Shown here piece after piece: positions 56,140 to 64,000 of a stretch of 64,000 nucleotides of DNA (positions are counted from its first letter, which is position 1; the number at the start of each line of letters is the position of its first letter). The stretch lies in IMG/VR virus record IMGVR_UViG_3300044858_004955, positions 6,321 to 70,320 of that record. One strand, written 5' to 3'. The notes beneath the pieces are model-generated. The model did no database searches, was not told where the DNA came from, and saw nothing but the letters and a program-made list of their open reading frames with translations. The position numbers and the translations under genes were made by a program. This DNA comes from a virus.

Positions 56140-56214
56140 GGAGTGCTCCTTGGAAGGAGCGGGGGCGCCTCCATGCGCCTGCTCGGCCGTCATGGCCGTC
56201 CCGCTGTACGGGAA

Positions 56215-56652
56215 TCAGCCCTTGACCCACTTGGCGACGTTGACCTCGGCGTCGGTCGACGGGAACTCCTCGCCTCGCGACAGGAGCGCCACGACGCTGA
56301 CCGCGGCGGTCACGTCGGGAGTCACCGTCACGCGGAGATACCGCTTCCGAGCCTTGCAGTCGACGTCCATCTTGACGATGGAGCCGTTCACGGTGCTCAC
56401 CGCCGCCATCGTGAAGCCGCTCGCGCCGTCCTTCACGAAGGCCGCGACGTCGCCGTAGGACGAGTTGTCGTCGGACTCTTCGATCTTCAGGACGCTCGCG
56501 AACGCCGTGCCGGCGGAGGGCGCCTTCGACACGACCACGGAGGCGTAGTCGTAGTTCCGGCGGTCGACGACCATCGTGGTGGTGGCGGTCGAGCCGACGG
56601 TGACCGGGCCGCTCGTGTGGCCGACGACCTTGAGGTTCTGGTTGTGGATCAT
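56215..56652 (-). CDS. putative capsid decoration/cement protein
   Basis: Directly after MCP; IEESDD..KRYLRV. Confidence 0.6.
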   Translation of the reverse strand: MIHNQNLKVVGHTSGPVTVGSTATTTMVVDRRNYDYASVVVSKAPSAGTAFASVLKIEESDDNSSYGDVAAFVKDGASGFTMAAVSTVNGSIVKMDVDCKARKRYLRVTVTPDVTAAVSVVALLSRGEEFPSTDAEVNVAKWVKG

Positions 56653-56671
56653 CTCTGGCGTGCTCCTGTTA

Positions 56672-58036
56672 TCACGAGGCCGCGGACTTGAGGGCCACCA
56701 CCGGGCCGACCTCGCTGGTCGATCCGAGGGAGTGGTGGTTCACGTCGAACCGCATCGTCCCTTGCAGGAGGAGTTGGTCCGTCGTGGCGTAGACCTGATC
56801 GTAGAGCCGGACGCTGAAGTCACGCCGGCGGGCGTAGATGCTCGACAGGCTCATGTTGCCGAAGAGCACCTTGACCTTGCTGACGTCCGCACCCAGCGTG
56901 CTGTTCATCACATGCACGAGCGTGACGGGGTAGCCGAGGAACGTGTCGACCGTTCCGGCCTGCACGTTCTCGACGGTGTTGCCACCGGCGGCGTACTTCA
57001 GGCGGGCGATCGACGCGGCGTAGCCTGCCGGAGACACGTACCAACGAGCGCCGGCACGTGCATAGATGGGCAATTTGCCCATCGCGGCGAGGAAGTCCTC
57101 GAGGTCGAGGGTCTCGAAGCCGGTGTTGCCAGCGATGGCACCCACCACCGAGGCGGTGTGCGTGCCGTCGTTGATCTTCTCAACGATGCCGTGGACGCCG
57201 CCGTAGGTTCCGAGCGTTCCGTCGCCGAGCCAGCCGCACAAATCGATTTTGTAACTGAGGCTTTGCGCGAACTCGGTGGCTACGGCATCAGCGAGTCCCA
57301 CCACGCCCTGCGAGTCCTCGACCAGTTCGGTCGACATCCGGCAGCCGACGGCGAGTTTCTTCGCCACGAGCGACACGTTGCCGTAGGTCGGCTCGCTCTC
57401 GGTCACGGCCGAGCCTTCGCCGACGAAGTAGGCGGTCGTGCCGGTGAGCCGCTTCGGGATGACCAGCGTGTCGCGGGTCATCGAGATGTTCTCGCACGCC
57501 GGCGGGAGCGTCCCGTAGGACTCGACCAGCCGGATCACGCGATTGGCGAACTCGTCGGGGACGAGCGCTCCGCCGGAGGCGTTGCTGTTTTCGCCCATCG
57601 CACGGCTCTCGACGCCGTGATCCTTGCACCACCGAAGGTCTTCGGAGTTCTTGAAGATGTGCGCCCGCAGCCACCGGCCGCAGCGGTAGGCACTCTCGAC
57701 GGCGTCGGGGCCGTCACCGAAGGCACGCAGGGAGGTGTGATGCGGAAGGCTGGCCCGAATCTCGACCTTCTTCTGCTCCTCGGCGCGAGCCTCGGTCTCG
57801 ACGGGCGTCACGACCGGGGCGGGGGCCGCCTTCTCGATCACCTCGCGGAGTTCCTTCTCCTTCTCGGCGAGCCGACGCTCGAAGCCGATCTGGGCGGTCA
57901 GTTCGCTGGCCTGAGCGCCAAGCGCGACGAACTCCTGATTGTCCTCGGCCGAGCGATCCTCGATCTTGCCGAGTTCGGCCATGCGAGCGGCGACCGCGGC
58001 GGCCCGGTCCTGCAACTTCTTGAGATTCGACGCCAT
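56672..58036 (-). CDS. major capsid protein, HK97 fold with delta domain
   Basis: Coiled-coil N-terminus, GGALVP, VGEG, KKLA..STELVED. Confidence 0.95.
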   Translation of the reverse strand: MASNLKKLQDRAAAVAARMAELGKIEDRSAEDNQEFVALGAQASELTAQIGFERRLAEKEKELREVIEKAAPAPVVTPVETEARAEEQKKVEIRASLPHHTSLRAFGDGPDAVESAYRCGRWLRAHIFKNSEDLRWCKDHGVESRAMGENSNASGGALVPDEFANRVIRLVESYGTLPPACENISMTRDTLVIPKRLTGTTAYFVGEGSAVTESEPTYGNVSLVAKKLAVGCRMSTELVEDSQGVVGLADAVATEFAQSLSYKIDLCGWLGDGTLGTYGGVHGIVEKINDGTHTASVVGAIAGNTGFETLDLEDFLAAMGKLPIYARAGARWYVSPAGYAASIARLKYAAGGNTVENVQAGTVDTFLGYPVTLVHVMNSTLGADVSKVKVLFGNMSLSSIYARRRDFSVRLYDQVYATTDQLLLQGTMRFDVNHHSLGSTSEVGPVVALKSAAS

Positions 58037-58190
58037 GATTGGCCTGCTCCTTGTTGAGCCGGCCATACGCGACGATGCGACGGCCGGCGGGTGTTCCCGC
58101 TAGCGCGCCGCAGGCGTGAATCCTCACGTCGCTCGCACTGACCATCGCGACATCCATCGCGATGCTTGTATCTACTTGTAGATTAGCATC
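58037..58190 (-). promoter_or_regulatory. structured capsid 5' leader (candidate cis-regulatory RNA)
   Basis: Five adjacent hairpins, GGA in loops, AAGGAG SD. Confidence 0.5.
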
Positions 58191-60243
58191 AACCGTCGGT
58201 GTCGTGCAACTTAGTCCAGAGCAGAGCCTCCTGAAGCGCGGCCAACTTGGCCGCTGCGTCAGTCGCATCGACGTCCACGACAGGCTCCGGCTGCTGCACC
58301 TGCTCGACCTGCTGCTCGACCTCGGCGACCGCAGGCTCCGACCTCGCTGCTTCGCGTTCCATCTGCGCCACCTTTCGTGCTGACCACACTTGCCCGGCGT
58401 TTCCGCCCCACAGTTCCCACGCCACAAAACCCGGCTTTTCAGCACCCGGCGTGTCCCAGCCGGGTGATTTGCTCGCCGATTCGTGGCGTGCGAACCACGC
58501 ATTCATCTCGCGGACGTGGTCCGGCGTGAGTTCCTCGCGGCGTGCGATCTTGTTCGCTCTCGCGACCGTCTCCGGCTTGAGGCCGTCGCCGCTCTTCCCC
58601 TCCTCGTGGAGGCGGAGTCCGCGTCTGGCCGCGGCGGCCATGCCGGTCGTCGGCTTCAGGTCGACCTCGCGCTCTTCGACGTCCGCCTCGACGCTCCGCT
58701 CCTTCGACGACTTCGGGTGGTCGGCCGGAAGGAGGTCGTTGTCGGTGACGTACTTCGCGTCCTGCGGCCTGCCGTTTCGCAGGAGGTACAGGTAGGCGTT
58801 CACGCGGGCCATCGCCCACGCCCCACGGCTCACGCCCGGCCGGTGGCTGGTCGAGTACGCCCCGGCGCCACGCCGGTAGACCGCGAGCAACTGCCCGAGC
58901 GTCGTCCGAGACCACGACGGCTTCTCGTCCTCACGCATGGCCTCGTTGTGGTCGCGGACCTTGTTCTGGAGGCCGGCTCGAACAGCCTGCGACACGGCGA
59001 TCCTGCCGCTCGCGTTCTTCGCCGATCCCTCTTTGTTCGCGTCGCTGCCCGTGATCCGGTCCTTCGCTGGGGCGGGCGTCGACTGGGACTTGTCGCCGGC
59101 GGCACGGTCCTCTTCGTCGTCCATCTCTGGCTCCGGCTGGTCGGTCTTCGTGAGTTCCGAGACCATCACGGCGACCATGTAGTCTTCCGGCTCGCCGTCG
59201 TCGAACGGCGTCACCACGGCCAGCGGTGCCTCCGGGGTCGCCGTCATGCCTTGGATCGAGCCTTCCCGCATGACGTGCTCGACGCGGCCGATGCCGCCGT
59301 CCCACGCGACGAAGTCGCCTTCGGAGAGTTCGTCTGGGGCGGCACGCTCCTCGGCCGTTCCAGATTCGGGAATCTGGGATGCAGCCTGCGGCGTCCGAAC
59401 TTCGCTCTCTCGCTGGGCGAGAGAGCGACGCTGCACCCACTTCTCGCCGCCGTCTCCGCCGGCCAGCATCCACTCGACCCACGCCGGCGAGCCGGACCAG
59501 CCGACGGAGCGGACCTCGTGGCACCGCTGATGCGTGCCGGCGAGGAACTCGACCTCCTCGACGGAGAGAACCTCGCGCTCCGCGATGCGTTCGGCGACCG
59601 CGACGAGCCGCTCGTCGAAGTCTCCGCGTGACTTGGCGGCACGCAGACCCTTCCGAGCCGCGTTCGCCATCGTCTGGTTCGGCCGGAATGCGTCGCCGAG
59701 GGCCATTTCGATCGCCCGACGGCTCACGACCACGCTGGATGCCTCGTATGCAGGCCGAACCACTGGTCCGACGTCGTCGAGGAGGGAGATCGAGCGGATT
59801 TCTCGCCGGCGGATGCCCCGTTCGTCCGTGCTCCACGAGTCTCCGCCGCTCCGAGAGATCGCAAACGCGAAACTCGACCCGGTGACGTACCCGCCGGAGA
59901 CCAATTCGACGACCTCGTCGGCCGTTTTCGTCTTCGGAGGCATCATTTCGTAGCGCAGGCCGTAGGGATCGGCCTTCAGGCGGAGCGAACCGTTCGCCGA
60001 ACGCGCCAAAAGCATATTTTTGTCGTGGTTGAACACGCCGACGACGTCGGGATTCGTCTTCAAGACGTCATCGAACGCCCGCGGGTGGATGGTCTCGATG
60101 AAGCCACCCAAGTCTCTCGAAGGCGACTGGAATACGGCCGCATACCCGACGATGACGGGCCGCTTTTCGCCGCCGTCGACCTCGCGGTACTCGATTGCCG
60201 TGTCGGATGCGGTGATCCGGCGCTCAATTTCGTTCGCGGACAT
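58189..60243 (-). CDS. HK97-family prohead protease with long multi-domain C-terminal extension
   Basis: GYAAVF, FNHD, GSSFAF, PAYEAS in first ~175 aa. Confidence 0.9.
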   Translation of the reverse strand: MSANEIERRITASDTAIEYREVDGGEKRPVIVGYAAVFQSPSRDLGGFIETIHPRAFDDVLKTNPDVVGVFNHDKNMLLARSANGSLRLKADPYGLRYEMMPPKTKTADEVVELVSGGYVTGSSFAFAISRSGGDSWSTDERGIRRREIRSISLLDDVGPVVRPAYEASSVVVSRRAIEMALGDAFRPNQTMANAARKGLRAAKSRGDFDERLVAVAERIAEREVLSVEEVEFLAGTHQRCHEVRSVGWSGSPAWVEWMLAGGDGGEKWVQRRSLAQRESEVRTPQAASQIPESGTAEERAAPDELSEGDFVAWDGGIGRVEHVMREGSIQGMTATPEAPLAVVTPFDDGEPEDYMVAVMVSELTKTDQPEPEMDDEEDRAAGDKSQSTPAPAKDRITGSDANKEGSAKNASGRIAVSQAVRAGLQNKVRDHNEAMREDEKPSWSRTTLGQLLAVYRRGAGAYSTSHRPGVSRGAWAMARVNAYLYLLRNGRPQDAKYVTDNDLLPADHPKSSKERSVEADVEEREVDLKPTTGMAAAARRGLRLHEEGKSGDGLKPETVARANKIARREELTPDHVREMNAWFARHESASKSPGWDTPGAEKPGFVAWELWGGNAGQVWSARKVAQMEREAARSEPAVAEVEQQVEQVQQPEPVVDVDATDAAAKLAALQEALLWTKLHDTDG

Positions 60244-61876
60244 CGTTCTCCTCCTCGAAATGAGCCTCGAACCAGCGATCAGTGACCGTTTCGTAGGGTT
60301 TTCCGCTGCGATGGCAGTCCAAAAGCAGGTCTTTCGAGCGCTCTAGCCACGATACCACGAACGAATCAATGTCTCTGCCAGTAGCATTTGCTGCGTCGAG
60401 TAACTCTTCACGCAGTTTTTCCTCGACTTGGCCGAACCATTGCGTGATTTTCTCCGCTTTCGACCGGCGGGCGAGGATTCCGTCGGCTTCGACGGCTGCG
60501 ATGCGTCGGAGAGTCGTGCGGAAAAGTGCTTCGGATGCGTCGATGGATCGGTCGGCCTCGGCTTCCGCTGGCGATTGGTCGCCGTCTTGCTGCTCTGGAG
60601 GCTGCTCCTCGGCCGGGAGGCTGGTCGGAGGGGCTTGGGGCGGCTGACCGTTCGGTGTCTCAAGGGTGAATGCGTCCAGAAGTTGCATATTGACCTGCAC
60701 GAACCGCTTCTTGCCGAGGTCGCCGGGGAGCGGGTTGTAGCCGATCTCCGCCCGGTACTCGTCGACATCGAGGGCGCCCGTGTTGAACGCCTCGCGGAGG
60801 TACGTCGAGCGGGCCGCGTAGTCGCCGGCCATGAGCGAGTTCATATCGAAGCCGACGAAGTACGTCTTGTCGTCCACCACGAGGTCGCGGCGGCACGCCA
60901 ATTCCCACCGCCGGCACCACGGCATGATGCTGAACGTCTTGTAGTCGATCGCCGCCTGCTCCACCGTGCTGTAGCGGACGTTCGACAGGTCGCCGACCAG
61001 ATGGGGCGGCACGCGGTAGGCCCGGCAGACCTCCTCCAGTTGGAATCGCCGCGTGGACACCAGTTCCGCGTCCGCGTTGTTGACCGGGTCGTCCTTCTTC
61101 TTGAAGCCGAACGGCATGACGACGGTCTTGAACGCCTTTTCCGGCCCACGGTGGGCCTCATCCCACTGCTGGCGGAATCGCTGGAGAGCCTCTGGCTTGT
61201 GGGGCTGGTCGGTCTCGATGTACGTGCCCACTTTGGCGCCGTTCCCGAAGAACGCGCTTGAGTGCAGTTCCGTCGCCCGGGCGAGGGCGATCGCGTCCTT
61301 CGACAGGGCCGTTGGCACGTACCCGCGCACGCCGTCCGATGACATCCACCGCAGGTGAAAAATCTCGTCCTGCCGGTACTCCGTCGGCTGTGGGTTCGGG
61401 TCGGTCACGGTCGCCGGCTCGCGGTAGTAGTACCGCAGTTTGCCGTTCTCGAGCCGCTTTACCTCCATCCGCGACGGGTGGAGCGGGATCAATTCGTCCA
61501 CGGCGCCGCGGCGGATGCTGCCCTTGATGTGGGCGTAGGCGTTCCCCCACAAGAGAAGCCACGACTGCATGAGTTCCTTGAACTCGAAACTCGTCATCCA
61601 CGAGTTGGGCTGGTAGGCCAGAATCTCGTGGAGCGGCTGGTCGTCGGCGATCTCCTTGCCGCCGCCCGGGAGCCGGCGGTACAGGTTCGTCGGCATCGCC
61701 GCGATCGACTCCGACAGGAGCCGGACGCAGGCCAGCACGGCCGTGCATTCAAGCGCCGTCTCCGGCGAGACGTGGACGCCTGCGGCCGTCTTCCGCGACT
61801 CCGCGATCTCCTCGAAGACCCGTGACAGGCTCTGCGACCGCAGCGACAAGAGGCCCGTGTACGGCGCTTCGTCCAT
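60224..61876 (-). CDS. portal protein (HK97 family)
   Basis: AVLACV, PNSWMT, WGNAY, LHPSR, IFHLR, RVPPHLVG. Confidence 0.95.
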   Translation of the reverse strand: MDEAPYTGLLSLRSQSLSRVFEEIAESRKTAAGVHVSPETALECTAVLACVRLLSESIAAMPTNLYRRLPGGGKEIADDQPLHEILAYQPNSWMTSFEFKELMQSWLLLWGNAYAHIKGSIRRGAVDELIPLHPSRMEVKRLENGKLRYYYREPATVTDPNPQPTEYRQDEIFHLRWMSSDGVRGYVPTALSKDAIALARATELHSSAFFGNGAKVGTYIETDQPHKPEALQRFRQQWDEAHRGPEKAFKTVVMPFGFKKKDDPVNNADAELVSTRRFQLEEVCRAYRVPPHLVGDLSNVRYSTVEQAAIDYKTFSIMPWCRRWELACRRDLVVDDKTYFVGFDMNSLMAGDYAARSTYLREAFNTGALDVDEYRAEIGYNPLPGDLGKKRFVQVNMQLLDAFTLETPNGQPPQAPPTSLPAEEQPPEQQDGDQSPAEAEADRSIDASEALFRTTLRRIAAVEADGILARRSKAEKITQWFGQVEEKLREELLDAANATGRDIDSFVVSWLERSKDLLLDCHRSGKPYETVTDRWFEAHFEEENDVRERN

Positions 61877-61877
61877 G

Positions 61878-63398
61878 TCAGAACACCATCAGTTCGGGTT
61901 CTTCTTCGGGGCCGCGGGCCTCGCCGGCTGCCAAGCCGAGGGCCATGATCAATGCCACCGCGGCGTCGATGCGGGCGGTCGCTTTCGAGTGAGCCTTGGT
62001 CGGCTTGATGTTGCCCGCGTCGTCCATCTTGACCTGCATATTGGAGACGTGGAGGGCGAGCGCGGGATTCATTCCGTGCCGTATTTTGCGGCTCAAAGTG
62101 AGCGCTTCGAGCGCCTTCGTCGGCGCGCTCATGGAGGCGTATCCCTGTCCATACGGCTTGACATCGACGCCTTCCGCGACCAGTTGCGTGGTGATATGCA
62201 CGGCATTCCAGCGGTCGATAGCCACGCCGCGAACCGCATTCTTCTCGCAAAACGAGAGAACGTAGTCGCGCACCACGTCGTAATCAGTCACGCTACCCTC
62301 TGTAATTGTACAGAATCCGTCTTTCGCCCACTGACGGTACGGCGCCTCGTCGCGGTCGGCGCCCTCCTCCGGCACGAAGATGTGGGCGAACGCATCGAAC
62401 GTCCCGTCGTGGACGCCGTACTCGTCGACGCCCGGCCAGACCGCGGCGAACGCCGTGGTGTCGCTCGTGCTGGAGAGGTCGAGGCCGCAGTAGCACGGCC
62501 GAGTCTCAGCCGGCCGCAGCGGCTCGCCGCAGGCTTCCCACAGCCCGGTGCGGAAAAAACGATTCGCCCCGTTGCTCACCCACTGGTTCAGGTAGAGCGT
62601 GCGGAATTTCATCTCTTGGGCGACGCTCTCGCGGGCGAGGGCGGCCTCCCGCTCCATGAATTCCTTCCGCACGGTGATCCCGTAGTTCGGCTGGGCCGCC
62701 CGCCAAGTCTCCTCCGAGAACGGGTCGGCGTCGTCATCGGCCGCATAGATGCACGGCAGGAACGTGGGGTCGTTGATCAGGCCGTCGCGGACCTTCAGCG
62801 CCCGCTGCCACTCGTCGTAGCAGGGGCCGACGCGGTCCATCCCGGCCGTCGTGATGTAGATCACGAGCGGCTCGTCCCGGGCACCCATGCCGCTCTCGAG
62901 GACGTCGATCAGGTCGCGGTTCTTTTGGACGTGGAATTCGTCCACGATGACGACCGAGGGGTTGAAGCCGTGCTTCCCCTTGTGTTCGCTCGAGAGGAAC
63001 TGGATCGTCGACTTGTTGTGCGGCATGACGATCGACTGCTTGTATATCTTGCAGCGTCGGTGCAGGCCGGGGCAGGACTCGATGTACCTCGAGCACGCCG
63101 TGAACAGGAGGCTGGCCTGCTTGCGGTCGCCGGCCGCGATGAGAATCTGGCCGCCGTCGGCCCCGAAGAACGCCTCGTAGGCGCCGATGACAGCGGACAG
63201 GGCCGTTTTGCCCTGTTTTCGCGCGAGGGCGAGCAGGGACCGCTGATACTGTCGCTTACCGTCCGGCCGCTTGGTGTTGAACAAGCGGTCGAGATATTCA
63301 TCCTGCCACGGCTCAGGAATGAACGGCTGGCCGGCGAACGGCGCTTCCGTGTGCTTCAGGAGGCGAGCGAATTCGCGAATATCAACCCGACGCGACAT
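61878..63398 (-). CDS. terL: terminase large subunit
   Basis: ARKQGKT, IVDEFH, ITTAG, GLDLS, IDAAVA. Confidence 0.95.
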   Translation of the reverse strand: MSRRVDIREFARLLKHTEAPFAGQPFIPEPWQDEYLDRLFNTKRPDGKRQYQRSLLALARKQGKTALSAVIGAYEAFFGADGGQILIAAGDRKQASLLFTACSRYIESCPGLHRRCKIYKQSIVMPHNKSTIQFLSSEHKGKHGFNPSVVIVDEFHVQKNRDLIDVLESGMGARDEPLVIYITTAGMDRVGPCYDEWQRALKVRDGLINDPTFLPCIYAADDDADPFSEETWRAAQPNYGITVRKEFMEREAALARESVAQEMKFRTLYLNQWVSNGANRFFRTGLWEACGEPLRPAETRPCYCGLDLSSTSDTTAFAAVWPGVDEYGVHDGTFDAFAHIFVPEEGADRDEAPYRQWAKDGFCTITEGSVTDYDVVRDYVLSFCEKNAVRGVAIDRWNAVHITTQLVAEGVDVKPYGQGYASMSAPTKALEALTLSRKIRHGMNPALALHVSNMQVKMDDAGNIKPTKAHSKATARIDAAVALIMALGLAAGEARGPEEEPELMVF

Positions 63399-63870
63399 CG
63401 TCGAACATTGCATCCACGGGGTCGTTGACCACCTTCACCGCTCCGTACCCGAGGCGGGTGCGGTCGGCGGGGGTCAGCCCGAGGACGGTCTCCAACTGCC
63501 GGAGTTGGTCGTGGCAGTGGTTGCTCTGCGACTGCCACTTGGTCGGCCGGCAGAATCGCAGGGAGCCGTCGGGGGCTAGAACCTCCCTCCAGCATTCGCC
63601 GGTTTTGGCGAGATGCTGCTCGGCTTCCTGCCATTTGTCCCAAGTAATCGCGTAGCGGGCGATCACCTGCACGTCCGACTCGGCCAGCGTGCCCATGTTC
63701 TGGGCGAACTGGCAGACGAGCGTGAACATGGCTTTCGCCGCGGGGCGAAGCCACTCTGGAGGCTCCGGCAACGCAGCCATCTTGGTGCCAAGTTCCTCGC
63801 GGTACTTGGCCTCCTTCGACCCTCGCATCTGGAGGATGTGCTTCGGCGTTGGTGCTGGGCCTTTTGCCAT
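63382..63870 (-). CDS. terS: terminase small subunit (P27 family)
   Basis: KGPAPTP, PPEWL, LGLTPADR. Confidence 0.9.
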   Translation of the reverse strand: MAKGPAPTPKHILQMRGSKEAKYREELGTKMAALPEPPEWLRPAAKAMFTLVCQFAQNMGTLAESDVQVIARYAITWDKWQEAEQHLAKTGECWREVLAPDGSLRFCRPTKWQSQSNHCHDQLRQLETVLGLTPADRTRLGYGAVKVVNDPVDAMFDDVASG

Positions 63871-64000
63871 GCCATGAAGTCTAGTTGGGACGCCTACCCG
63901 CGTGCAAACCAGTCCAGCGTCAGCGGCCACGCAGGAGGCTCGAGGAGCGAAAAGCCCGAAACCAGCAAAAAGGTGGCACTGTCGCGAACGCACGCGACGG

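Noticed and set aside
63871-64000. cos/pac site upstream of terS
   Set aside because: Plausible position but no diagnostic sequence visible; window ends here

Overview
The window is most of a GC-rich, HK97/lambda-like long-tailed dsDNA (pro)phage genome. It begins inside a gene and ends just upstream of terS. The minus strand carries terS-terL-portal-protease-capsid, head/tail joining, three tail-tube-like paralogs, a frameshifted chaperone, the tape measure and two fibre modules (63.9-27.4 kb). It also carries a SNF2/SSB/Prim-Pol/UvrD replication block with csrA (22.8-9.4 kb) and a glycosyltransferase/peptidase/HNH block (9.4-3.0 kb). The plus strand carries small early-type genes with repeated upstream motifs (0-3 kb) and a tyrosine recombinase operon (23.6-25.4 kb). 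Main highlights: (1) a dispersed pathway for acylated amino-sugar glycosylation (gmd, fcl, perosamine-type aminotransferase, hexapeptide acyltransferase, ACP, FabH, FabG, Rieske oxygenase, three glycosyltransferase-like genes), probably modifying the virion; (2) a 352-bp integron-type cassette with a geometrically complete attC and an attI-like junction next to a non-IntI recombinase; (3) a structured capsid leader with GGA-loop hairpins in a phage that encodes CsrA. A Planctomycetota host is my unverified guess. All product calls come from motif recognition by eye, not database searches, and starts were refined manually.
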